Source of the DNA: Chromatiales bacterium
Lineage (GTDB): Bacteria > Pseudomonadota > Gammaproteobacteria > Steroidobacterales > GCA-2729495
Direction of reading: 5' to 3'
Length of the DNA: 64,000 bases
NCBI GenBank assembly: GCA_016789845.1
Contig: JAEUQA010000076.1
Span: forward strand, 1,780 to 65,779
Shown here: positions 26,463-35,077 of the stretch, piece after piece
Layout: the number at the start of each line of letters is the position of its first letter
How positions within the stretch are numbered: the first letter of the stretch is position 1
Notes under the pieces: generated by a model
The model's input: the letters and a program-made list of their open reading frames with translations, nothing else
Databases searched by the model: none
What the model was told of the DNA's origin: nothing
Position numbers and translations under genes: made by a program

Positions 26463-27227
26463 ATGTTGCAGCTGGCGCTGGCGGGCCTCGGGACCACCGC
26501 AGGACTCATGTTCGTGGCCTGGCTGATGAGCCTCCCGCTGCGCAATGTGGCCATCGTGGACGTGTTCTGGGGGCTTGCCGTGGCGGGCGCTGGCGCCACC
26601 TGGCTGCTGCTGGCGGAGCCCGGCCCCCGCGGTACCCTGGCCGCCGGGCTCGCCGTACTCTGGGCGGCGCGGCTCGCCCTGCACATCCTGTGGCGCAGCC
26701 GGGGCAAGGGCGAGGATCGCCGCTACCAGGTCATCCGCGCGCGCAACGCGCCGAACTTCGCCTTCAAGAGCCTCTACCTGGTCTTTGCCCTGCAGGCGGT
26801 GCTGGCCTGGGTGATCGCGCTGCCGCTATTCGGCGCGATAACGGGGCCTGCGCCCCTCGGGCCGGTGGATGTCTGCGCCGTTCTGCTCTGGCTCGCCGGC
26901 TTCCTCATGCAGGCCGTCGCTGACCTGCAGATGGCCCGCTTCCAGCAGCGCCCTGGCGCAGAAGGCGCCGTGATGGACCGGGGCCTGTGGCGCTACAGCC
27001 GGCACCCCAACTACTTCGGTGAAACGTTGATGTGGTGGAGCCTGTGGCTGATCGCCGCGGCGGGCGGCGCCTGGTGGACCATCGTCGGGCCGCTGCTGCT
27101 GACCTTCCTCCTGCTCAAGGTCTCCGGCGTGGCGCTCACCGAGAAGGACATCGCCACGCGCCGGCCGGAGTACCGGGCCTACATCCGGCGGACGAGTGCG
27201 TTCGTGCCGCTGCCGCCGCGCGCGTAG
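26463..27227 (+). CDS. DUF1295 (steroid 5-alpha-reductase-like) membrane protein
   Basis: LWRYSRHPNYFGETLMWW motif; multiple TM helices. Confidence 0.85.
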   Translation: MLQLALAGLGTTAGLMFVAWLMSLPLRNVAIVDVFWGLAVAGAGATWLLLAEPGPRGTLAAGLAVLWAARLALHILWRSRGKGEDRRYQVIRARNAPNFAFKSLYLVFALQAVLAWVIALPLFGAITGPAPLGPVDVCAVLLWLAGFLMQAVADLQMARFQQRPGAEGAVMDRGLWRYSRHPNYFGETLMWWSLWLIAAAGGAWWTIVGPLLLTFLLLKVSGVALTEKDIATRRPEYRAYIRRTSAFVPLPPRA

Positions 27228-27262
27228 GGAGGCCCGTGGTCGTGGCCAATCGCTGCTCCACC

Positions 27263-28633
27263 TCAGCCTGTGTCAGGGCGCGCCCGGCCCGACCCGCTGC
27301 GCCGGGCCGCTCGCCATGCCATGCCGCCCATGGCCGTCAGCAGCAACCAGCCAGAGGCCGGCAGAGGCACCGGCGTCGCGGGGCCGAGGTCCACGCCGTA
27401 ATACTCCTCCAGGGCAGCCCGGTAGGACTCGCGCATGGACGGGCTTAGCCCCGCGAAGTAGAGCTCCGGGTCCTCGATGGGCGGATACATCTCCTCGGGG
27501 TAGAAGACCTCGAAGAACGGCGCGAGATCGCCGAGGGCATCGAAGTGCACATTGAACAGCGGGTCGAGGAATGCGCGGGCGCTGGCCTCGGCACCGGTGA
27601 TGCCGGTCGTAAACGCGAGCAGGATGTCATTGAGCTCGCCGCCGATGCCGGCGCGGGCATAGGTGGTCTGCCGGACAGAACTCCGGAACCACTCCGTCTC
27701 GTTCCGATCGCCGAGCGGCACCGTGAAGAGGAACTGGAGTTCGGCGCTGCCGATAAGGTTGTCTTTCCCCTGATTCCCGTTGAACGCCTGGTTCAGGAAC
27801 GTCTCATAGGCAGGATCCGCGACGCCGGGGAGGGATGCTGACCCCTGCCAGAACGCTGGCACATCCCATCCCGGCAGGAAACCCTCCACGCTGAGGTTAA
27901 TTCCGCCGGCTGAGGTGCTGTTCGGCACACCGCCCGGCAGGAAGCTGCCCACCTGCAGGGAACCACTAACCCTGGCATTGGCGAAACAGGTGCTGCAGAA
28001 GGGGTTGCTGGATTTCCAACTCAGGTCGCCGAAGACACTGAAATCGTAGTTGATGGTGATCGTCACCGGAATGTCGATACTCTCCGGAAATATCACCCCG
28101 GCGGAGACCGGATCGCGACGGATGAAGAAGTGGCTCTGCGTCGTGGTAGTAGCCGCGAAGCCCGTCGAGAATGCCTGCACCAGGTCGCCCGGTAGTTGGG
28201 CGCTGAGTTCAACCTCACTGAAACTCAGGGCGGGCAGCCCAAGCGTACCGCCCGGCACTGTCGTCTCGCCGCCGATGATGCCGCTGGTCTGGATCTTGCC
28301 GGTCAGCGTGGGGTTGCATCGGTTCGTGATGTTGCCCAACAGGTCCTCGACCACGGAGCAGCCGCCGTTCCAGCGGCGCGGGTCGTCAAGGTTGGTGACG
28401 TTGATGCGCTGATCCGGGTAGTAGCTCGCCGGGTCGGCGCTCTCTATGTTCGTGAATGTCCGGGAGTCCTTCTCCTCTACGGGCAGGTTGATGGACCTCG
28501 GGCCGCCAAGCACGGCGGAGTCCACTTCCGTGATTCCGATGCTCCGCCCCTCCTGGGCTCCAGCGACAGGTGACGCCAGTGCGATGATCACGCCCCCGGC
28601 GGTGATCGCGGTCCTGAACGTGAGAGTTCCCAT
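27263..28633 (-). CDS. Secreted protein with a VPLPA-CTERM (PEP-CTERM variant) sorting signal
   Basis: Signal peptide ...ALASPVAGAQE; C-terminus ATPVPLPASGWLLLTAMGGMAWRAARR; RBS AAGGGGGG before ATG 28633. Confidence 0.8.
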   Translation of the reverse strand: MGTLTFRTAITAGGVIIALASPVAGAQEGRSIGITEVDSAVLGGPRSINLPVEEKDSRTFTNIESADPASYYPDQRINVTNLDDPRRWNGGCSVVEDLLGNITNRCNPTLTGKIQTSGIIGGETTVPGGTLGLPALSFSEVELSAQLPGDLVQAFSTGFAATTTTQSHFFIRRDPVSAGVIFPESIDIPVTITINYDFSVFGDLSWKSSNPFCSTCFANARVSGSLQVGSFLPGGVPNSTSAGGINLSVEGFLPGWDVPAFWQGSASLPGVADPAYETFLNQAFNGNQGKDNLIGSAELQFLFTVPLGDRNETEWFRSSVRQTTYARAGIGGELNDILLAFTTGITGAEASARAFLDPLFNVHFDALGDLAPFFEVFYPEEMYPPIEDPELYFAGLSPSMRESYRAALEEYYGVDLGPATPVPLPASGWLLLTAMGGMAWRAARRSGSGRARPDTG

Positions 28634-28727
28634 TACGTGCCCCCCTTGTGTTGGTTGTCTGGAGCAGCAACTTCCGGTCAGTGTCAGGTGACGGAGCGCT
28701 GCTACTGGCCCCCATTCCTCCCGCGCG

Positions 28728-29741
28728 TCACTGCACGCGCGCCGCTGCGCTCCCAATCATGGTTGTCCCCCTCTTGCCGGCGACTGCCTCGGGTCGCCAG
28801 CTGGAATCAGCCCTTAATTTGGTTTTGTTGTCGTGGGACCGAGGCGAAGGTCCCCGTCGACGATGGCTTTTGGCTTTGCGCCGCGCAATCCCTGCCGCAC
28901 CCGCCACGGCGGTCAGCAGCAGTCCGAGGGTTCCAGGAGCCGGGACCACGGTGCCCGACATCCCGTTGACGATGCCATTCAGGAAGTACTGGGAGCCCGG
29001 TGCCGCCGGTTCGTTGACGCAGGAATATTGCCCTTCCAGGCCCGGGTTGATGGTTGAGCAGATGTAACGACCGCGCTGGAATTCCGCGACGAAGAGCATG
29101 CCGTAGACGTTGTGGAAGGTGAACGTCTGCGCCAGTTCCGTCAGCAGCAGGTCCGGGGAAAACGGCTCGTTGGCGACAAGACCACTGACCTGCGTGCGGT
29201 CGATCCGGGTTTCCTGGATGAAGTACGGGGTTTCCGTCGCCGACGGCGTGGTCAGTTCGCCATCCGTGAAGTGCGCGCGGTCCGTGTTGTAGGCGAACTG
29301 CCCGATCTGCAGCACGTGGGTGAATTCGGGCGCCAGGTCCCGCATGCCGATGTAATCGCAGTTGGTCACATTGCCGCTCGACTGCGCCTGCAGGGTCGAG
29401 CTGTTCAGCGTGGACTGGGAGGCGATCAGGTCCGGTAGCCCGGGGGCAAAGCCGCCGGTGCATCCGGGGCCGACGCCACTCGCGTTGATGTTGTAGTACG
29501 TGATGCCATCCGGTCCCACGACGCCGGCCGAAAACGCGTCGGTGTCGAAAGTGAAGGTGACCGTGAACGGCGTGCCGTCTGCCACCAGCTGGCCGCTGAA
29601 ATAGCTCTCGCCGAGGCCGGCAACGATGTTGCCGCTGGCCGTCAGGGAGATCGGCACGGCCCCGGCCAGGCCGGGCGCTGCGAGTGCCAGGGCGGCGGCG
29701 GCATCCCCGAGCCTCAGCCGCGTCGTTAAAGGGTTTCGCAT
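28728..29741 (-). CDS. Secreted protein with a PEP-CTERM-like anchor (VPAPGTLGLLLTAVAGAAGIARRK) followed by an unusual 45-aa basic tail
   Basis: Signal peptide ...LALAAPGLAGA. The CTERM motif is about 50 aa from the end, and the ORF continues to TGA 28728. Confidence 0.7.
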   Translation of the reverse strand: MRNPLTTRLRLGDAAAALALAAPGLAGAVPISLTASGNIVAGLGESYFSGQLVADGTPFTVTFTFDTDAFSAGVVGPDGITYYNINASGVGPGCTGGFAPGLPDLIASQSTLNSSTLQAQSSGNVTNCDYIGMRDLAPEFTHVLQIGQFAYNTDRAHFTDGELTTPSATETPYFIQETRIDRTQVSGLVANEPFSPDLLLTELAQTFTFHNVYGMLFVAEFQRGRYICSTINPGLEGQYSCVNEPAAPGSQYFLNGIVNGMSGTVVPAPGTLGLLLTAVAGAAGIARRKAKSHRRRGPSPRSHDNKTKLRADSSWRPEAVAGKRGTTMIGSAAARVQ

Positions 29742-29965
29742 GGTGCCCCCCTTTCTGGACGTCTTGAGATGCGTCTTGTGCGGAGGATTACCCCGGCGCT
29801 CCGCTGGCTGTCAATCGCCTAAACGAGGTATGCCGTTGCCGGATGCCGGCTTATGTCACCTCAGGGATGCGCCGCCACTGGGCCGGGCGGGTCCGCGCGG
29901 CCAGCACGACCACGCCCCGGCGGCGGTCAGGGATCACGCCGCCGGGGCGGGGATTGCCCGGGAGA

Positions 29966-31117
29966 TCAGCCCTTGCTGGCCGACTTCACGGCGGCGGCGA
30001 TCCACTCCTGGAATGCCGGGTGCTCGATCAGGCCGCGGTTGGCGAAGGTGTAGTCGAGGCCTTCGAGGTCCTTCTGCAGCCGCGCGTGGAACCCGCCGCG
30101 GGTCAGGATCATCGGCACGATCACCACGTCCTCGCCGCTGTTCTTCGCGTCGATGATCATGGCGCGCAGCACGGCCTTGTTGGCGGCACGCACCTCGGGA
30201 ATGGCGTCATCCTGCAGGGACAGGACCTGCACGTCGGTGAACTTGCTCGACGCCTTGATGGCCTCCGCACTGGTCAGCAGGCGCTGGATCTCGCCCGGGT
30301 TGGCCGCCACGGTCTCCGGGCCGTGGGAGACGATCACCACACGGGTCTTCGCCGGATCCTTCGCGACTTCCAGCGCGTGATCGCGGAGGATGGTGGCCAT
30401 GCGCGGATCGGTGGAGGGCGACTTCGTCATGACCAAGCGGGCGTCGGTCTTCACCCGGGGCACGGTGAGGTAGGGGGCTTCGTCCGCCATGCCCAGGATG
30501 TACCTCCACTGGCCGATCAGCGAGGTATCGTCACCCGGCTCCACCGGCACGACGATGACCGTCTTCACGCCGTGCTCCTTGGTCAGCGTGTCCAGGGCCT
30601 TCTGGATGTGATTCCCGGACATCATCGCCATGCCCGGCGCCACGGTGGTGGGGTACTTCTTGCCCAGGGGCGCAAGCATTTCCCGGAACTGCTCGTTGCC
30701 ACCGCCGCTATAGCCGTGGCCGAGCACCAGCAGGCCCACCTTGCCCTTGATGCCAGCGGCGCTCAGGTCTTCCCACCAGTCCGGCGGCATGCGGGCCATG
30801 TTCGCCATGATCTGCTCGTCGGTGTAGACCGCGTACAGCGGGATCTTCTCGCGCAGCTCCTTCATCTGCTCCGGCGTCATGGCGTGGTCGTGGCCCATCG
30901 CCGCGTGATCCATCTCCCCCATGCCCTGCATGTTCCCCATGCCGCCGCCGGCCGGCGCCGACGTGGAGGCGCTGGCCGTGGCGTCCGTGGCCTTGTCAGC
31001 GTCGGCCGCATTGATGCTGCCGGCACCGATGACCACCAGCGCCGCCCCGCACAGGGTGGCCAGCAGCACGGTCAGGACGGGTCGCTGGGATTTCAGCGCT
31101 GGGAAGGTCTTGCTCAT
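29966..31117 (-). CDS. Exported double-CbiX/SirB-like (class II chelatase fold) protein with a Met/His-rich N-terminal segment
   Basis: Signal/anchor PVLTVLLATLCGAALVVIGAGS; GGGMGNMQGMGEMDHAAMGHDHAM; two CbiX-like halves (LLVLGHGYSG..., VVIVSHGPE...); RBS GGAGAA before ATG 31117. Confidence 0.7.
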   Translation of the reverse strand: MSKTFPALKSQRPVLTVLLATLCGAALVVIGAGSINAADADKATDATASASTSAPAGGGMGNMQGMGEMDHAAMGHDHAMTPEQMKELREKIPLYAVYTDEQIMANMARMPPDWWEDLSAAGIKGKVGLLVLGHGYSGGGNEQFREMLAPLGKKYPTTVAPGMAMMSGNHIQKALDTLTKEHGVKTVIVVPVEPGDDTSLIGQWRYILGMADEAPYLTVPRVKTDARLVMTKSPSTDPRMATILRDHALEVAKDPAKTRVVIVSHGPETVAANPGEIQRLLTSAEAIKASSKFTDVQVLSLQDDAIPEVRAANKAVLRAMIIDAKNSGEDVVIVPMILTRGGFHARLQKDLEGLDYTFANRGLIEHPAFQEWIAAAVKSASKG

Positions 31118-31212
31118 CGAGGTTCTCCGGCAATGTGGCGGGGGGATACCCGCGTGCTCGAAGGAAGATACCAGCCCGGAGCCCGCCGTCGAGTGGTGCG
31201 CGGCATTTTGTC

Positions 31213-31731
31213 TCAGGGGTGCAACCCAGCCGGCGCGCCGTGCTGCGGCGCTTCGCAGTCCGCCGTTCGCCGGCATCGGCGGTCTGGCGACCCCGCCTTC
31301 CCGGCGCGCCATAGAAGCAAGTACGCGCAATAGGCCGCAGCGCTGATGTCAAACGCCAGGCAGAACGCCGGCCACCAGGCTGGCACGCCTGGGGTCACGG
31401 TGCCCGAGGCGTGGAAGAGGTCGAGTATGCCGTGCGCAGCGAGACCGACTACGACCAGCCAGAGATTCCGCCGGAATCCCAGCACCGCGGTCACCACAAA
31501 GGCTGCCATGACCATTGCCTCCGGCCAAAGGCTATTGGCAGAGTCACCGATCGCAGCAAACAGCACGTAGTACGAGGCAACGACCATGAGAATGGCTGGA
31601 TAGAAGCCCCGCTCCCGGTCGAATCCGGCGACCGAACCAAGCAGCGCCACCAGCGCGGCCGTCGCAATCCCGATGATGTAGCTCACAATGCCCTCCCGCG
31701 TGCCATGGGGCATGTGCCCCGCCTGAGCCAT
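31213..31731 (-). CDS. Hypothetical multi-pass membrane protein
   Basis: Four or five hydrophobic helices (IVSYIIGIATAALVALLG, ILMVVASYYVLFAAIG, ...); divergent from the AraC gene; start uncertain. Confidence 0.5.
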   Translation of the reverse strand: MAQAGHMPHGTREGIVSYIIGIATAALVALLGSVAGFDRERGFYPAILMVVASYYVLFAAIGDSANSLWPEAMVMAAFVVTAVLGFRRNLWLVVVGLAAHGILDLFHASGTVTPGVPAWWPAFCLAFDISAAAYCAYLLLWRAGKAGSPDRRCRRTADCEAPQHGAPAGLHP

Positions 31732-31831
31732 CAGGATGGCAGGCGTGCCGTATCCCGGCTTGTATGCAGGGGCTGATGTTGCGGCAACAGGCCGGGTCGT
31801 AATATGGCTGGTCGCCATAGGAGGGGTATCG

Positions 31832-32614
31832 ATGCCCAGGACGGTCGGCAATGCCCAGTACTTTCCCTGGGATGGCGGCTCGATATTCGTTGGCAGGTCG
31901 GGCGTGTTTCCCGTGCACGCCCATCAGGCAATCCAGATCTGCTTTCTTTTCGATGGTTGCATCCGGTTGCGTGCCAGGGACGATGCCCCGTGGGTCGACT
32001 ATGGGATTGCCGTTGTCCCGTCGCAGCAACCCCATGGGATGGACGGCTCCGGTGTTCAATACGGCGCCGTGGTCTTTGTCGAGCCCGAGACCCGCGAAGG
32101 CCGGATGCTGACTGAGCGTTGCTCGGGCGCTGGCATTACGTCAGCCGACCGGTCGCTGATCGCCCCGGTCCTCCCCGACCTGGTTTCGGCGGTGCGCGAA
32201 CGGCGTGGCCGCGAGGCGATCGTGACAGCGGCCCGGCGCCTGGTGCAGGCGCTGACCCGGGAGTCGGAACCGTCCGTGGTCAGCGACGAGCGGATCATTC
32301 GCGCGGTGGCTTACATCAACAGCAATCTGCAGAGGGCGATCACGCTGGAGCAGGTGGCGGCGGTGGCGCACCTGTCGCCGAGCCGCTTCCGGCACCTGTT
32401 TGCCGAACAGACCGGCACGGGCCTGCGCCCGTACATTCTCTGGCGGCGCTTCGTCAGCGTCTGGGAGCACACGATGCGCGGTGCCTCCCTGTCGGAGGCC
32501 GCTCACGCCGCGGGGTTTGCAGACTCCGCCCACCTCACGCGCACGTGCCGGCGCATGATGGGCATACCTCCTTCATTGTTCGACGTCTCCGGAACGGGCC
32601 CAGCCGACGAGTGA
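31832..32614 (+). CDS. AraC-family transcriptional regulator
   Basis: C-terminal HTH pair: ITLEQVAAVAHLSPSRFRHLFAEQTG...AAHAAGFADSAHLTRTCRRMMG; RBS AGGAGGGG at 31819-31826. Confidence 0.85.
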   Translation: MPRTVGNAQYFPWDGGSIFVGRSGVFPVHAHQAIQICFLFDGCIRLRARDDAPWVDYGIAVVPSQQPHGMDGSGVQYGAVVFVEPETREGRMLTERCSGAGITSADRSLIAPVLPDLVSAVRERRGREAIVTAARRLVQALTRESEPSVVSDERIIRAVAYINSNLQRAITLEQVAAVAHLSPSRFRHLFAEQTGTGLRPYILWRRFVSVWEHTMRGASLSEAAHAAGFADSAHLTRTCRRMMGIPPSLFDVSGTGPADE

Positions 32615-32808
32615 GGAAAGCTCAGGGTGGCAATCGTTGCCCACCCGAGCACGAACGAGGCAACGGCTGCGAGTATCAGCGTTGGGGCGGCGGGTGGAAC
32701 CGCCACGCCGGCACCCGCGGGCCCCGGTCCAGCCACCAGCAGGTACAGGTAGAGGACCGGGGCCACCAGGGCCAGAAAGCCGATTCCGAGCATGAGTTGT
32801 CGAGCCAT
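32503..32808 (-). CDS. Possible small two-TM membrane protein downstream of the Cys-rich ORF
   Basis: GGAGA 6 nt before ATG 32808; MARQLMLGIGFLALVAPVLYLYLLVAG...TLILAAVASFVLGWATIATL. Its 3' end overlaps the convergent AraC gene by about 110 nt, which lowers confidence. Confidence 0.35.
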   Translation of the reverse strand: MARQLMLGIGFLALVAPVLYLYLLVAGPGPAGAGVAVPPAAPTLILAAVASFVLGWATIATLSFPHSSAGPVPETSNNEGGMPIMRRHVRVRWAESANPAA

Positions 32809-32848
32809 GATCATTCTCCATGCGTTTCTGGCCACGTGAGTTGTCTTC

Positions 32849-32998
32849 CTAGCTCTGCGCGCAGGCGCAGTCGTCGCCGCAGCCGCACTGCGGGCCGCAG
32901 GCGCACTCGTGCGGCTCCGCGGATGCCGGGTTATCGCAGGTGCAGTTCGTGCAGGCGCAGGGGTTGCAGTTGCAGAGGCGGTTCGTGCTGGTATCCAT
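32849..32998 (-). CDS. 49-aa cysteine-rich metallothionein-like protein (12 Cys); below the ORF-track length cutoff
   Basis: Hand translation: MDTSTNRLCNCNPCACTNCTCDNPASAEPHECACGPQCGCGDDCACAQS*. AGGAGA lies 6 nt upstream of ATG 32998. GC3-rich codons match the genome. Confidence 0.75.
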   Translation of the reverse strand: MDTSTNRLCNCNPCACTNCTCDNPASAEPHECACGPQCGCGDDCACAQS

Positions 32999-33154
32999 GA
33001 GTCGTCTCCTGTTGAGGTAAGGTTGGTCGTCACGGAGCCCACTCTAGGGGCGGCCATCGTCGGCGGCTTGAATGAAGGGGCTGTTTGCGCGGGGATGGAA
33101 ATGCGAGCGCATAATCCCCCTGTCAGCACCACATGCGAGAGCTAGGGGACTCCC

Positions 33155-35011
33155 GTGTTGGAAACCTCTCTTGAGGGCCGGGGCCGACCGGAACCCGGGC
33201 GGGCCGTCCGCTGTTCATTGGGGTTGATGCTGTCGACCCTTGTCGCAGCGACATTCGCCACCCCGGCGTGGTCTCAATCCACCAGCCCGTCTCCCGTGGC
33301 GCAATCGCCGAAGCCAGGGGAGCGCGCCTTCACCCCTGGTACCTGGTCGCGCCTTGAGGAACTGCCGGCGGGACGCTTGCGCGCCCGCCTGGAGCAATTG
33401 CCGCCGGCTGCGCGCCAACGCACTCTGGAAAAACTGCGGAGGGTCCCCTTTCCAGAGCAGGATTTCCTTGGCTCCATGAGGGTTGACCGGGACGGTGGCA
33501 TCTTCTATGCGGACTCCTTTGGCGTGGAAGTCCCCGCGGACCGCGGGACGACTGATAGTGGCACCACTGAATCCGAAGGCGAAGTGCCCGTGAGTCCCTT
33601 TCCGGCGGAGCTGATACTCCATAGTCGCCCGGGGTCATCGTTCAGAATCTATCTGGATTTCGACGGCGAGAACGTCAGTTCATCTCTCTGGAATACCTAC
33701 GATGAACTCGGCCGGGCCAGCATTCCTGCCGTGCCCTATAGCCAGGATGGTGATCGCACGACCTTCAGCGCGGATGAGCGGCGCTACATCAGGGAGACCT
33801 GGCAGCGGGTTGCCGAGGACTTCGCGCCCTTCAACGTTGACGTCACGACCGAACAGCCGGGTGCGCCGGGTGCGTTCACCGTGCATGTCCTGGTAACCTC
33901 GAACTACGATGCGAATGGCCAGTTGAACCCGTTTGGGAACTACGGCGGAGTGGCCTACCTGGACACCTGGGGACAGAGCAACAACTACGTCTGGTGTTAC
34001 GTGTCCGGCGCCGCGATTGGCGAGTGCGCCTCGCACGAAACCGGGCACACCCTCAGCCTGACTCACGATGGCCTGACGGGGTGCCCGAACCCGGCGGACT
34101 GCGAGTACTACAGCGGGCACGGGACCGGTCCTGCGTCATGGGCCCCGATCATGGGCAATTCCTACTCCCGGAACGTGACGCAGTGGTCGCAAGGCGAATA
34201 TTACCGAGCCAACAACAGCCAGGACGACCGGTACGAGATTGTGCAGCGCCTGGGCTACCGTGCCGACGACCACGGCAACAGCCGGGCCAGTGCAACGCCA
34301 CTCGTCATTACAGCCGGGCGGATTGAATCCACGACCCCGGAGAGTGATCCCTACGACACGAATCCGGCCAACAAGGGCGTGATGCAGGGGGGCGGGGACG
34401 CCGCGGATGTGTTCTCCTTTGCCTGGTCGGGGCCAATCAATCTGTCGGTCAAGCCGTGGGTTGTGCCGGGAGGCTATACCCTGGGCGGGAACCTGGACGT
34501 CCGCGCAGAGGTCCAGGATGCCAGCGGGATTGCGGTCGTGAGCAGTGACCCATCGGCTACGACCGAGGCGTTCATGCAGGGCGACCTGCCGGCGGGGAAC
34601 TACTACCTCGTCGTGGAGAACTCGGGGGTGGGCAATCCGTTCGCCTCCAGCCCGGACGGGTACACGACTTACGGGAGCATGGGTCAGTTCTTCATCAGTG
34701 CCACCGGTGGCGACGCGGATGGCGACGGCGTGGCGGACGCCATCGACAACTGCAGGACAGTGGCCAACCCGACGCAGTGCGACTCCGACGGCGACGGCTA
34801 TGGCAATGCCTGTGATGGGGACCTCAACAACACCGGCGCCACCAATGCCCAGGACACCACGCTCTTCCGCCAGCAACTCGGCCAGCCCAGCACCGGTCCC
34901 GGCTATAACAAGGCCGACATCAACTGCAACGGGGCCGTGAACGCCCAGGACACGACGCTGTTCCGGCAGCTGCTCGGCAAGCCTCCGGGGCCGTCGGGGC
35001 TGCAGCCGTGA
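33155..35011 (+). CDS. Secreted metzincin-like zinc metalloprotease with PPC-like and TSP3 + dockerin-like C-terminal domains
   Basis: Signal peptide ...[10 protein letters not shown]; [11 protein letters not shown] zinc motif; [11 protein letters not shown] pre-peptidase-C-like block; C-terminal [14 protein letters not shown]...[21 protein letters not shown]... Confidence 0.8.
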   Translation: MLETSLEGRGRPEPGRAVRCSLGLMLSTLVAATFATPAWSQSTSPSPVAQSPKPGERAFTPGTWSRLEELPAGRLRARLEQLPPAARQRTLEKLRRVPFPEQDFLGSMRVDRDGGIFYADSFGVEVPADRGTTDSGTTESEGEVPVSPFPAELILHSRPGSSFRIYLDFDGENVSSSLWNTYDELGRASIPAVPYSQDGDRTTFSADERRYIRETWQRVAEDFAPFNVDVTTEQPGAPGAFTVHVLVTSNYDANGQLNPFGNYGGVAYLDTWGQSNNYVWCYVSGAAIGECASHETGHTLSLTHDGLTGCPNPADCEYYSGHGTGPASWAPIMGNSYSRNVTQWSQGEYYRANNSQDDRYEIVQRLGYRADDHGNSRASATPLVITAGRIESTTPESDPYDTNPANKGVMQGGGDAADVFSFAWSGPINLSVKPWVVPGGYTLGGNLDVRAEVQDASGIAVVSSDPSATTEAFMQGDLPAGNYYLVVENSGVGNPFASSPDGYTTYGSMGQFFISATGGDADGDGVADAIDNCRTVANPTQCDSDGDGYGNACDGDLNNTGATNAQDTTLFRQQLGQPSTGPGYNKADINCNGAVNAQDTTLFRQLLGKPPGPSGLQP

Positions 35012-35077
35012 GGGGATGGCCTGCGGCCTGCATTGCCATCGCCGGGACGTGACGGCCGGGTGGTCCCGGGAAATCCA

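Noticed and set aside
29742-31212. A cobalamin or other riboswitch upstream of the CbiX-like genes
   Set aside because: I found no B12-box-like conserved core in the roughly 95-nt leader of 29966..31117. The second paralog has only a 40-nt gap after the aldo/keto reductase gene.
33001-33154. A MerR-type (long-spacer) promoter upstream of the metallothionein-like ORF (TTCAAG-N20-TAGAGT on the minus strand)
   Set aside because: The 20-bp spacer contains no dyad symmetry of the kind MerR/CueR/ZntR operators show, and no MerR-family gene is adjacent. This is too speculative to list as a feature.
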